Shown: positions 1 to 7,773 of the stretch, piece after piece
Layout of the letters: each line of letters begins with the position of its first letter
Numbering within the stretch: the stretch's first letter is position 1
Source: Candidatus Cloacimonadota bacterium
GTDB taxonomy: Bacteria; Muiribacteriota; UBA6191
DNA length: 64,000 nt
Direction: 5' to 3'
Assembly (NCBI GenBank): GCA_019454875.1
Contig: JACFNL010000009.1
Span: forward strand, 168 to 64,167
Notes under the pieces: model-generated
Database searches by the model: none
Told to the model about the DNA's origin: nothing
What the model saw: the letters and a program-made list of their open reading frames with translations, nothing else
Program-made: the position numbers and the translations under genes

Positions 1-94
1 CAAAATACCCAGTGCAGAAGCAAACTAAAAAAAGAATCAGTAGAATTATACTGCGAATCAGACTAAACATGATTACGGTAATCGGCAGAAGTCT

Positions 95-2230
95 TTATTT
101 AAGAAATAAATCCATATTCTTTTGTACAGTTTCTGAGCGACGAGGGTTTCCCGAGTTTTTGATGTAAAAGATGTGGTCTGCCTGAGCCTCGGTTAGTCGC
201 GGATGCAGTTCAGCCCCCATGCGGTAATTCTGGGCTGAATCCTGATCCTTGCCTGAGGCAATGGAATAGATTAATCCGAGACGGTAGTGGCTTAAGGCAC
301 GAATCTGGGTTTCCGGGGCAGAATTAATCGATAAAGTCAGGGCATCCAGGGCTTCTTTTTGGTTGCCTGACAGAAATTGAAGCCATCCAGAATCACCGAT
401 ATAGATGGATCGACCATATAACTTGTCAAGCTCCTGATAGATTTTTAAGGCTTTGGGATAGTCCAGGTTCTGAGTGTAATAACGGCCCAGGAATTCCTGA
501 TACAGACGGTTTCTGGGAAACAGGCCCACAAGTTCGTATACCAGTTTATAGGCCTGATCAAATCTGCCTGCATCCATCAATAAATCCAGATAAAGCCTTA
601 AGGTAGTATCTGGTCTGTCCAATGTCATGCCAAAATCTTCCAGTGTCTTGATGGCTGCTTTGTCATCACCAATTTTTTGATAGGCACGGGCTCTTTGTAC
701 GGGAAAAAACTGGTTTTGTGGAAAAAGAATCATTGCTTCAGCACACATAAAAACACAGTTATTATATTCTTCCTGAGTGAAGGCCAGGCGGGTGGCCATT
801 TCCTGTATCATTTCGTTTTGGGGGAGAATTTTTCTGGCCCTGAGTGCGTAGGTGTACGCTTCACGAAAACTGCGGTTTTCTTCTTTTGCCTTTATAAACA
901 ATGTATAGGGGAGGGGGTAGGCAATGTTTGTTTCCATGGCAACCTTCAGATGGGGTTCTGCTCGCTGAGGCTGTCCGGTCTGAGTGTAATAATATCCGAG
1001 GGCAGTCTGGGCAAAGGGATTCTGGGGCGACAGATTGCTGGACTTCTCAAGATACTCCAGTCCTTCCTCGAATTTTTGGTCAGCTACGAGAAGAATTGCA
1101 TAATAGGCCAGATAATTGGGGTTGTTGGTCCTTTTTGAAAGAGATGTTTTTAGGGCTGCTTTGGCAATATCGTGACGGTCCAGGAAAAACGCAGCTTCAC
1201 CCTGCATTTCAAACAGAGGTATAAATGAGGGAAAATGTTGAATTCCCGCAGTGGCTGTGGCCAGAATCCTGTTGTAATCCGAGACACGCCGATACATTTG
1301 AGATGCCAGAAAGTAGGGCATGACAAAATTGGGGTTCTGTTTTTGAAGCACGGTCTGAATATTATGTATCAGATTAAGAAACTGCGGCCAGGGTGCGACA
1401 TAATGAAGCATATCCAGAGCCACTAGAAGCTGCATATAGTGTTCTGTAGGGTGATCAGACGGAAGTGTGTCGAGTTTTCCCATTAATTCCGCAATCTGTG
1501 GTGTGTCCTGCTCATAAATGGCCCCGACTATCCTGTAAAACAATAGTTCTTCGGCTGGAAATCGTGTAGCCATATCATTCATGATGCTTTTGTATCTGTC
1601 CTTATCTTTTTGCATCAGATGAATCAGGGCAGGAAAAAATTCAAAATGAGGATGTGTGGCCCCTGAGTCTCTGGCTATACGGCAAATACTGAGGACATTG
1701 TCTAACTGGCCCAGATAAAACAGTGCGCTGGTCAGGTACTGGTATGTCTCCATAAAAGCATGGTTATGCTCTACTAAAAACTTGGAGTGTTGAATGGATC
1801 GACGAAAATCTTTGAGCCAGAGATAGGCAAGGGCAAGGGAATTGTGAGCTGGAAAATAGGTGGGATCAATTTGCAGCAGGCGGGTGAGGGTGGATACTGC
1901 CAGTTCATACTGGCCCTGTTTAAGATAGACCTGGGCCTGTTTGTCCAAAGCCAGAATGTCCTGGGAGTTAATCAGCAAAAGAGTGTTGTATACCTGTTCG
2001 GCCCGCTTAAAGTCCATTTTGTTATAATTTTCAAGTCCTCTGTCAAAGAGCTTTTTAAATGATTCGGACAGGTGGTGTCGACGGGAAAACTCCTGGGCAT
2101 ATTCCACAGGAACAGTGGTCTGTAGATGTACATAATAGAAGGCTCTTGGTGATGATGAAAACAGGGACAATCCGCAAGCGACAGTTATGATCGTGGCAAT
2201 GATTCTGAACATAGAAAAAGAGTATAACAA
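95..2230 (-). CDS. Secreted TPR-repeat protein
   Basis: 711-aa ORF. N-terminal hydrophobic signal-like segment (IIATIITVACGLSLFSS), then many 34-aa helical repeats with TPR spacing (e.g. AEQVYNTLLLINSQDILALDKQAQVYLKQGQYELAVSTLTRLLQIDP). The plus-strand ORFs inside it look like shadows. Confidence 0.75.
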   Translation of the reverse strand: MLYSFSMFRIIATIITVACGLSLFSSSPRAFYYVHLQTTVPVEYAQEFSRRHHLSESFKKLFDRGLENYNKMDFKRAEQVYNTLLLINSQDILALDKQAQVYLKQGQYELAVSTLTRLLQIDPTYFPAHNSLALAYLWLKDFRRSIQHSKFLVEHNHAFMETYQYLTSALFYLGQLDNVLSICRIARDSGATHPHFEFFPALIHLMQKDKDRYKSIMNDMATRFPAEELLFYRIVGAIYEQDTPQIAELMGKLDTLPSDHPTEHYMQLLVALDMLHYVAPWPQFLNLIHNIQTVLQKQNPNFVMPYFLASQMYRRVSDYNRILATATAGIQHFPSFIPLFEMQGEAAFFLDRHDIAKAALKTSLSKRTNNPNYLAYYAILLVADQKFEEGLEYLEKSSNLSPQNPFAQTALGYYYTQTGQPQRAEPHLKVAMETNIAYPLPYTLFIKAKEENRSFREAYTYALRARKILPQNEMIQEMATRLAFTQEEYNNCVFMCAEAMILFPQNQFFPVQRARAYQKIGDDKAAIKTLEDFGMTLDRPDTTLRLYLDLLMDAGRFDQAYKLVYELVGLFPRNRLYQEFLGRYYTQNLDYPKALKIYQELDKLYGRSIYIGDSGWLQFLSGNQKEALDALTLSINSAPETQIRALSHYRLGLIYSIASGKDQDSAQNYRMGAELHPRLTEAQADHIFYIKNSGNPRRSETVQKNMDLFLK

Positions 2231-2252
2231 AAATTGTGGTTGGCAATGTATA

Positions 2253-2283
2253 ACAGGGACTAGTATCCTGACCCTGTTTTTTT
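2253..2283 (+). promoter_or_regulatory. Terminator-like hairpin plus T-tract in the 5' leader of the 2305 gene
   Basis: Stem acaggg (2253-2258) / ccctgt (2272-2277) with a 13-nt loop, then a T7 run (2277-2283) ending 21 nt before the ATG at 2305. No upstream plus-strand gene needs terminating. The stem is short, so this is a weak call. Confidence 0.3.
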
Positions 2284-2304
2284 GCTTGATAATAAAAGGA
2301 TATT

Positions 2305-3789
2305 ATGGATAAGGAAATTCGGGATGATAAGCCCGCGCGGGCACCAAGACCAAGAAGAGCCAGAGACCCTGAAAAGGCCAGAGCACCCCGCAAGCCTAAA
2401 ATGGAAGAGAATGGGGCAGAGCTAGAAGCACAAACTGAAGCCCAGACATTAGAACCGGCCGTGAATGCTGAAGTTGCTTCTGAGGTATCGGTCAAAGATG
2501 AGGAGACACCCCGCAAGGAAAGGTCGGGAAACCGGGAAAGACCAGAGCGCTCCAATCGCAATCCAAGGTTTGAAAAAAGAGATAAAGAAACAGTGTCGAC
2601 TGAGCCAGTTGCTTTGGAAGTCCCTGATGATGGCCTGACCCCAAGGGAGAGATTTTTGCGTTCCCAGGGCAAAATAATCACACCGGCAGTAAAAACAGAA
2701 GACAAGCCGGTAGCTGTATCCCAGCCCGATCCTGCTCCGGTAAAGTCTAGGCCAGTAGTAGAAGAAACACCACCTGTTAAAGCTTCGGTTGCGCCAGCCC
2801 CTGTAATTGTTGAAGCTCCTGCTCCAGTTCCCGTTGCAGTGTCAGCCCCTACCCCCACCCCTGAGCCTGTCGTAGCTCCCGAGCCTGTAGCTTTGGTTCA
2901 GTCAGCCCCAGTGAATCAGGAAGATACCTCTTCGGCCAAATCAACAAGACCCAGACAGGATGTGGAAGATTGGACAGCGTGGCTTGGAAGCAGAGCCAAT
3001 ACTGGCAAGGCAGAAGAAACCGAAGTTAAGGAATCTTCAGACAGGACACCTCCCCAGCGGGATCAGCAGGGCAGAGAAAATTTCAGGAACCGCAACCATC
3101 GGGACAATCGCGATGGCCGTGATAACCGCGATAACCGTGAAGGCAGGCCAGCAAGGGAGAACCGAGATAATCGCGACAATCGGGATTCCCGTGATACTCG
3201 TCCTCAGGTCACTACGGAAGGCCGAAATGAAGGTCGAAACGAAAGCCGACCGGACAATCGGCCTAACCGGGAAACCAGACCAGATCGTTTTGAAAGACCT
3301 GAAAGAAATGACAGGGATCGTAACCGTGAGCATGGCAGGGATTCAGGAATGCGTAGAAATCCCCGTGAAGAGGGTCGGGTTCCCATCCACTCCAATGAAC
3401 CATTTCAGGAAAAGTCGATTTTGTCTGGAGGCTTTGAAGCGGGAGAAGAATCCAAGGAACATGTGCATCTTGCCCTGCATTGTGTATGGTATTTCCTGGT
3501 CGGGTCTGAAGCTGTGTATCACTTCTGTAAGGGAATCTATCTGGTTGCGTTTTTTAATCTGTATCTTCCCTTTATGGATATGTTGACCCATCCCGAAAAG
3601 CGGCAGGCATTTGGAGAATCCCTTTTTGACATGGCTGAATGGCAGTGGCATTTCCAGTATGGATTAAGAGGTCCGGCCATGTTGTTTACAGCCTGGCTTC
3701 TTTACAGATATATGAAGCATCTAAATCCATGGGATCCGGCCCGTCGGGCGGCTCGCACTGCTGCGGCCTCCAAGCGGCGCAGAAGATAG
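2305..3789 (+). CDS. Intrinsically disordered, charge-rich protein with hydrophobic C-terminal module (no family recognised)
   Basis: 494-aa ORF. Residues 1 to about 370 are low-complexity K/R/E/P/D/N-rich (PRPRRARDPEKARAPRKPK; APAPVIVEAPAPVPVAVSAPTPTPEPVVAPEP; RDNRDGRDNRDNRE). The last ~110 aa are hydrophobic/aromatic (LALHCVWYFLVGSEAVYHFCKGIYLVAFFNLYLPF; AMLFTAWLLYRYM), followed by a basic tail (AASKRRRR). Confidence 0.6.
   Translation: MDKEIRDDKPARAPRPRRARDPEKARAPRKPKMEENGAELEAQTEAQTLEPAVNAEVASEVSVKDEETPRKERSGNRERPERSNRNPRFEKRDKETVSTEPVALEVPDDGLTPRERFLRSQGKIITPAVKTEDKPVAVSQPDPAPVKSRPVVEETPPVKASVAPAPVIVEAPAPVPVAVSAPTPTPEPVVAPEPVALVQSAPVNQEDTSSAKSTRPRQDVEDWTAWLGSRANTGKAEETEVKESSDRTPPQRDQQGRENFRNRNHRDNRDGRDNRDNREGRPARENRDNRDNRDSRDTRPQVTTEGRNEGRNESRPDNRPNRETRPDRFERPERNDRDRNREHGRDSGMRRNPREEGRVPIHSNEPFQEKSILSGGFEAGEESKEHVHLALHCVWYFLVGSEAVYHFCKGIYLVAFFNLYLPFMDMLTHPEKRQAFGESLFDMAEWQWHFQYGLRGPAMLFTAWLLYRYMKHLNPWDPARRAARTAAASKRRRR
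3100..3198 (+). repeat. In-frame 9-nt tandem repeat encoding (R-D/E-N/G)n
   Basis: 11 consecutive units of the form CGN-GAY-AAY (cgggacaat cgcgatggc cgtgataac cgcgataac cgtgaaggc ...). Synonymous differences between units suggest selection on the peptide, not the DNA. Related R/N/E/D/P low complexity continues to about 3340. Confidence 0.7.
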
Positions 3790-3801
3790 AGGCTGTTGGA
3801 A

Positions 3802-4275
3802 TCAGGTGGCCATGTGGCCACCTTTTTTAGGTGAAGTTATAAAGGAATTCTTGCGGGTTTCCTGAACTTCCAGTCGGCTGACATGTTCTGACAGTCCGGC
3901 CTCGACTAGTTTTTGTGTAAAAATGCTGACAATTTGCTCGCCTGTGGTTGTTGGATTTTCGACTCCCATGGCGGCAAATTCGGCGTTTAGGCTTTTTAGA
4001 TGAAATGGTTCAATCAGCAGGGAATGTACTAAAGATGTCAGATGTTTTAATCGACCATAAAATATATCATCTGCACTGTGGCAGAATGTGACACAGATTT
4101 TGTAGTTGTGTCCATGCCCGAATTTACCCATACATTTCTGGTAGATTCTTTCGTTTTCTTCTTGGCTTAAGCGGTTGCTGATCAGGCGGTGATGGGCTTT
4201 TAGCTCAAAGGTGATGGTTTTATACAGACGGGGTGTTGTCACCGTAGTACTCCACAAAAAGCTCGGGGTTTTCAT
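3802..4275 (-). CDS. 6-pyruvoyl-tetrahydropterin synthase / QueD family protein (divergent paralog)
   Basis: ITFELKAHHRL ... KCMGKFGHGHNYKICVTF ... TTTGEQI matches the PTPS/QueD T-fold signature (His ligands, Cys, HGH). Start is uncertain: ATG 4275 has no RBS, while GTG at 4242 is preceded by GGAG with a 7-nt spacer. Confidence 0.65.
   Translation of the reverse strand: MKTPSFLWSTTVTTPRLYKTITFELKAHHRLISNRLSQEENERIYQKCMGKFGHGHNYKICVTFCHSADDIFYGRLKHLTSLVHSLLIEPFHLKSLNAEFAAMGVENPTTTGEQIVSIFTQKLVEAGLSEHVSRLEVQETRKNSFITSPKKGGHMAT
3804..3828 (+). terminator. Rho-independent terminator candidate for the 2305..3789 gene
   Basis: Perfect inverted repeat aggtggcca (3804-3812) / tggccacct (3815-3823) followed by T6 (3823-3828), 15 nt after the stop codon. 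It overlaps the last codons of the convergent PTPS-like gene. Confidence 0.55.
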
Positions 4276-4687
4276 ACAGTTTCAGTTTGTATAGAGACAG
4301 GGGATGGGAAAAACAGGGGGCCAGTTCCTCCCAGCAGAACAGAATGATGTTTTCTGTGGTGGGCACCCGGTCTTTAAAGTAGGGAACCTCATGGTTTAAA
4401 TGTTTGTGATCCAGGGGATTCATGATTTTTTCTTTAAGAATAAGATCCAGATCCGTGAGGTTGATTACCATGCCGGTGTCTTCGTTCACTGGCCCAAGGA
4501 CTGTAACTTCTAGCTCGTAATTGTGTCCATGACCATAAGGATTGTTGCAGGCTCCAAAAACAGCAAGATTTTTGTCAGCACTCCAGCTCTCAATATGGTA
4601 GCGGTGGGCTGAAGAAAAATAGATTTTTCTTGATAGGAATACAAAATCAGCAGACAAGAGAAATCCCCCCATCCACAACAAATTCAC
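4220..4687 (-). CDS. 6-pyruvoyl-tetrahydropterin synthase (animal-type PTPS-like)
   Basis: IYFSSAHRY ... FGACNNPYGHGHNYELEVTVLGPVNEDTGMVINLTDLD ... PLDHKHLN ... TTENI. This closely follows the PTPS pattern GKCNNPNGHGHNY...TGMV.NL.DLK...LDHKNLD...TTEN as I remember it. Start codon is uncertain (ATG 4687 or 4672, or TTG 4657). Confidence 0.75.
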   Translation of the reverse strand: MNLLWMGGFLLSADFVFLSRKIYFSSAHRYHIESWSADKNLAVFGACNNPYGHGHNYELEVTVLGPVNEDTGMVINLTDLDLILKEKIMNPLDHKHLNHEVPYFKDRVPTTENIILFCWEELAPCFSHPLSLYKLKLYENPELFVEYYGDNTPSV

Positions 4688-5381
4688 TGCCGGTAATCCA
4701 TTGGCTATCTTCGGAACATAACCAGAGCATAAGGCTTGAAATATCCTCAGGGCTACCGATGCGGCCTAGAGGATGAAAACCAGCCATATTTTTTCTGAAT
4801 TCCAGTGCTTTTTCCTCACCCATAGTCTGATGTATCGGAGTGTCAATCACACCCGGTAGAATGGCTATGGAGCGGATGCTGGGAGCAAACTCCATGGCTA
4901 TACTTTTAGATAGTGATAACAAGGCGGCTTTGGAGGCAGAATAGAGGCCGGTGCCAGGAGCAGGTTTATTGCCTAATGTAGAGGCGTTGTGAAGGATCAA
5001 TCCTTCCACATCCAGCCGTTTCCAGAGTTTTATGGCCAATTGAGAAATCTGGTAAGAAGCTTTGACATTGGTATCAAACAGGGATTCAAACTCATTAACG
5101 ACAGGATTTAGCCAGTCTGTTCTTTGATAGATACCAGCATTGTTGATAAGAATATTCATATCCTGATGTTTTTCAATTATGCCGTTTAAACTGTTAAAGT
5201 CGAGTAAATCACAGCACTCGGCAGTAAGTACTCCAGAAGAGCCTTTGGAATCTTCAATCAGGCGGGATAGCCTGGTTTCGGACCGTCCCAGAGCTACAAC
5301 AGAATAACCAGATGCACAAAATTTAAGGGCAGCACTTCGACCAATCCCCGAACTTGCCCCCGTAATCAGTACTTTTTTCAT
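4647..5381 (-). CDS. Short-chain dehydrogenase/reductase (SDR), possible sepiapterin-reductase-like
   Basis: 244 aa with TGASSGIG Rossmann motif, NNAG and catalytic YSASK. The specific role is inferred only from adjacency to the PTPS genes. 4-nt overlap with the upstream mrp-like gene. Confidence 0.8.
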   Translation of the reverse strand: MKKVLITGASSGIGRSAALKFCASGYSVVALGRSETRLSRLIEDSKGSSGVLTAECCDLLDFNSLNGIIEKHQDMNILINNAGIYQRTDWLNPVVNEFESLFDTNVKASYQISQLAIKLWKRLDVEGLILHNASTLGNKPAPGTGLYSASKAALLSLSKSIAMEFAPSIRSIAILPGVIDTPIHQTMGEEKALEFRKNMAGFHPLGRIGSPEDISSLMLWLCSEDSQWITGSEFVVDGGISLVC

Positions 5382-6451
5382 CGCTTTGTCTCCGTTGCCA
5401 AAGAAAAAATACCATCTCTTTCAAAATGTTCAAGCTGTGTGCACAAATTGCGGGCAGCACTTAAAAAAGCATCACTGACTAATGATCCCGGTTCCTTAAG
5501 CACAATAGGAATCCCCTCATCCCCACAAGTACAAACGGTTGGATTTAATGGAATCTGGGCCAGAAGACTGGTGTGATATTGATCGGCAAGTTTTTGTCCA
5601 CCCCCCTTGGAAAACATGGAGATAACCTCGTTGCTTCCAGGAACATTAAAACCGGCCATATTCTCAACGATACCAAGCACGGGAATCTTGAGCGTTTCCA
5701 GCATGGAATAGGCTCGTTTTACATCATCAATCGCAACCTGCTGGGGGGTAGTTACTAAAACAGCCCCCCGAACCGAGGTGCTTTGAGCCATGGAGAGCTG
5801 TACATCTCCAGTGCCGGGAGGTAAGTCCACAAGCAGGATATCCAGATCTCCCCAGAGAACATCACCAAGAAACTGTGAGACGATTTTGTGAATCATGGGT
5901 CCTCGCCAGATCAGGGCCTTATCTGGTTCAATTAAAAATCCAGATGAAATCAGAGGAATGCCGAATTTTTCCACCGGGATCAGTTTCTGATCTTCATTTA
6001 ATCTTGGGGTTTCACGAATACCCATCATAGTTGGAATCGAAGGGCCATAAATATCGCAGTCTAAAAGACCAACTTTTTGACCCTGCTGGGATAGTGCCAG
6101 AGCGAGATTGGTGCTGACGGTGGACTTTCCTACCCCACCTTTACCGCTGACCACAAGTACTATGTGCCGTACATTTTTAACTCCCTGGGGCACTTTGACA
6201 TTGTGCCAGGCCCGATTATCACGGGGACGCATCTTAATCCGTACATCAAAGTCCCCAAGCTGCATCACAGCCCGGGAACAATGGTCTTTTAATGCGGTGC
6301 GGGTATCTTCATCAACATGCGGAAGATTTAAGTGGATGCGGACAATGTGATTGTCAATTTCGATCCTATCAAGCATTCCAAGCTCAATAATATTTTTCTT
6401 CAGATTGGGTTCCAGAACAGATTCCAGAACCTGAGTAATTTCAAGCTGCAT
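5378..6451 (-). CDS. Mrp/ApbC/NBP35-family P-loop ATPase (canonical CxxC absent)
   Basis: Deviant Walker A GKGGVGKSTVSTNLALAL; DUF59-like N-terminus (MQLEITQVLESVLEPNLKKNIIELGML); GIVENM block. Where E. coli Mrp has ENMSVHICSNCG this protein has ENMAGFNVPGSN. Start set to ATG 6451 (AGGA RBS) rather than ORF-track 6538. Confidence 0.75.
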   Translation of the reverse strand: MQLEITQVLESVLEPNLKKNIIELGMLDRIEIDNHIVRIHLNLPHVDEDTRTALKDHCSRAVMQLGDFDVRIKMRPRDNRAWHNVKVPQGVKNVRHIVLVVSGKGGVGKSTVSTNLALALSQQGQKVGLLDCDIYGPSIPTMMGIRETPRLNEDQKLIPVEKFGIPLISSGFLIEPDKALIWRGPMIHKIVSQFLGDVLWGDLDILLVDLPPGTGDVQLSMAQSTSVRGAVLVTTPQQVAIDDVKRAYSMLETLKIPVLGIVENMAGFNVPGSNEVISMFSKGGGQKLADQYHTSLLAQIPLNPTVCTCGDEGIPIVLKEPGSLVSDAFLSAARNLCTQLEHFERDGIFSLATETKR

Positions 6452-6677
6452 AATTTTTCCTGAGCCAGGCCACGATGTCATCAGACTCGAGCATGGGTTT
6501 TTTATCAATGACGAGGCAGGGTACCTGTGTTTTTCCATTCAGGGCAATCAATTCTTCCCTGTCCTTACTGGAAGTTCTTGTGTTTTTTAGCTGTACATCG
6601 ATTTTTAATTCTTCAATGACTTTAAGAACTTTCTGACAATAGGGGCATTCAGGGAACTGGTACAATATTAGATTCAT
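6441..6677 (-). CDS. Glutaredoxin/NrdH-like small thioredoxin-fold protein
   Basis: 78 aa with CPYC redox motif near the N-terminus (YQFPECPYCQKV) and TQVPCLVID, typical of glutaredoxin-fold proteins. Its stop overlaps the mrp start by 11 nt. Confidence 0.7.
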   Translation of the reverse strand: MNLILYQFPECPYCQKVLKVIEELKIDVQLKNTRTSSKDREELIALNGKTQVPCLVIDKKPMLESDDIVAWLRKNYAA

Positions 6678-7651
6678 AAAAGCTCCATTTTGTGAAGTGT
6701 TTCACGGCACGCGCTAGTCACTGACTCAATAGCGGCCTCAAGACTCATTTTCAATTTTGCCCCGGCGGCTTTAGAGTGGCCACCTCCACCGTAAACCGAG
6801 GCTATCTGGTTTACATCAATGTTGTTGACGGCCCTTAAGGAGATTTTAGTCAACTCAGGCTCAACTTCCTTAAAGAGAATGGCAATCTCCATACCCTTGA
6901 TTTCCGTAATTTTGTTGACAAAATCTTCTGTGTCATCAGTTTCTGCGGCTTGCATCATTTCTTTTCTGACAGTCAGCCAGGCCATTTTGCCCTCGCGTTT
7001 CAGGGTGGGCAATACCAGAGATTCCAGATGCAGTTTGTTCCAGGGATTTTCTTCAAACAGTTTACGCACAACCTGTGTGTGCCTTGCACCTGCGCCTAAC
7101 ATTTCCGCTCCGTAGCGCATGGCCCTTTCGGTGGTGTTTGAGAATCGAAACCTGCCCGTATCAGTCAGAAGCCCACAATAAAGGGCGGTTGCCATCTCCG
7201 AGTCCTTTGTTACCCCAAGTTCCTTGATTAAATGCCAGATGACCTCACAGCTAGCCGCTGCCAGAGAATCAAAATAGTTAACATCCCCAAACATTTTATT
7301 AGAAGTATGGTGATCGATATTAAGTACCGTGGGATTCAGGGCCTCAATCTCACTACTGTCAAATCCGAGACGATCCAGATGGGCAGCATCAATACTCACC
7401 AAAACGGTTTTTTTACCCTTAGGGAAAGCCTCAGGCAGTCCTTGAACCAGCATATCGGAACCAGGTAGAAAACGATACTTCTCCTGAAAACCCCCACTCA
7501 GGGAACAGCTAACGGTTTTTCCCAGGGACTTTAAGGCAAGGGCAAGACCAAGTATTCCGCCTAACCCATCCCCGTCAGGGTCAACATGGGATGTAAGTAC
7601 AAAATGTGAATGGGTCTGGATTAGTTCTATTGCTTGTGGATCAAGGTTCAT
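6674..7651 (-). CDS. nrnA: DHH-family phosphoesterase, NrnA-like oligoribonuclease/pAp phosphatase
   Basis: 325 aa with motifs DPDGDGLGG, NIDHH, GLLTDTGRF and DHHA1 GGGGH. Confidence 0.8.
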   Translation of the reverse strand: MNLDPQAIELIQTHSHFVLTSHVDPDGDGLGGILGLALALKSLGKTVSCSLSGGFQEKYRFLPGSDMLVQGLPEAFPKGKKTVLVSIDAAHLDRLGFDSSEIEALNPTVLNIDHHTSNKMFGDVNYFDSLAAASCEVIWHLIKELGVTKDSEMATALYCGLLTDTGRFRFSNTTERAMRYGAEMLGAGARHTQVVRKLFEENPWNKLHLESLVLPTLKREGKMAWLTVRKEMMQAAETDDTEDFVNKITEIKGMEIAILFKEVEPELTKISLRAVNNIDVNQIASVYGGGGHSKAAGAKLKMSLEAAIESVTSACRETLHKMELL

Positions 7652-7773
7652 GTTTACTCCATTTCAGTTTAAGCAGATTTTACAACGATTTTTGCCAGGT
7701 GGTCAGATCTGGGACGATAAATGTTCAATTTTTGCCTGATAATGATATATTTCCAACTTGCTACGGAGGAAGT

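Noticed and set aside
677-2062. Several plus-strand ORFs (677-1138, 901-1224, 1235-1426, 1787-2062) inside the TPR gene
   Set aside because: They are short, mutually overlapping and lack motifs or RBS. The minus-strand 711-aa TPR ORF explains the region.
2055-2858. 267-aa minus-strand ORF rich in G/S/T/A
   Set aside because: It is antisense to the low-complexity part of the 2305..3789 gene and runs into the TPR gene start. Its composition is the mirror image of the sense-strand repeats, which is typical of a shadow ORF.
3100-3198. Possible CRISPR or other non-coding tandem array
   Set aside because: The period is 9 nt, in frame, without spacers, and lies inside a long ORF. It is a peptide repeat.
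4220-4275. 56-nt overlap of the two PTPS genes as evidence of a frameshifted single gene (pseudogene)
   Set aside because: Each ORF contains a complete PTPS-like motif set of normal single-domain length. A GGAG-GTG start at 4242 gives a conventional short overlap, so two genes is the simpler reading.
5378-6538. ORF-track start 6538 for the Mrp homolog; likewise 7606 for the regulator, 9719 for dcd, 12328 for the small act ORF, 17031 for actDE, 49099 for the secreted protein and 58293 for the lipoprotein
   Set aside because: The upstream extensions overlap neighbouring genes and add non-conserved residues. Internal ATGs with RBS reproduce the expected N-termini (DUF59 start, REC start, MILTG, signal peptides).
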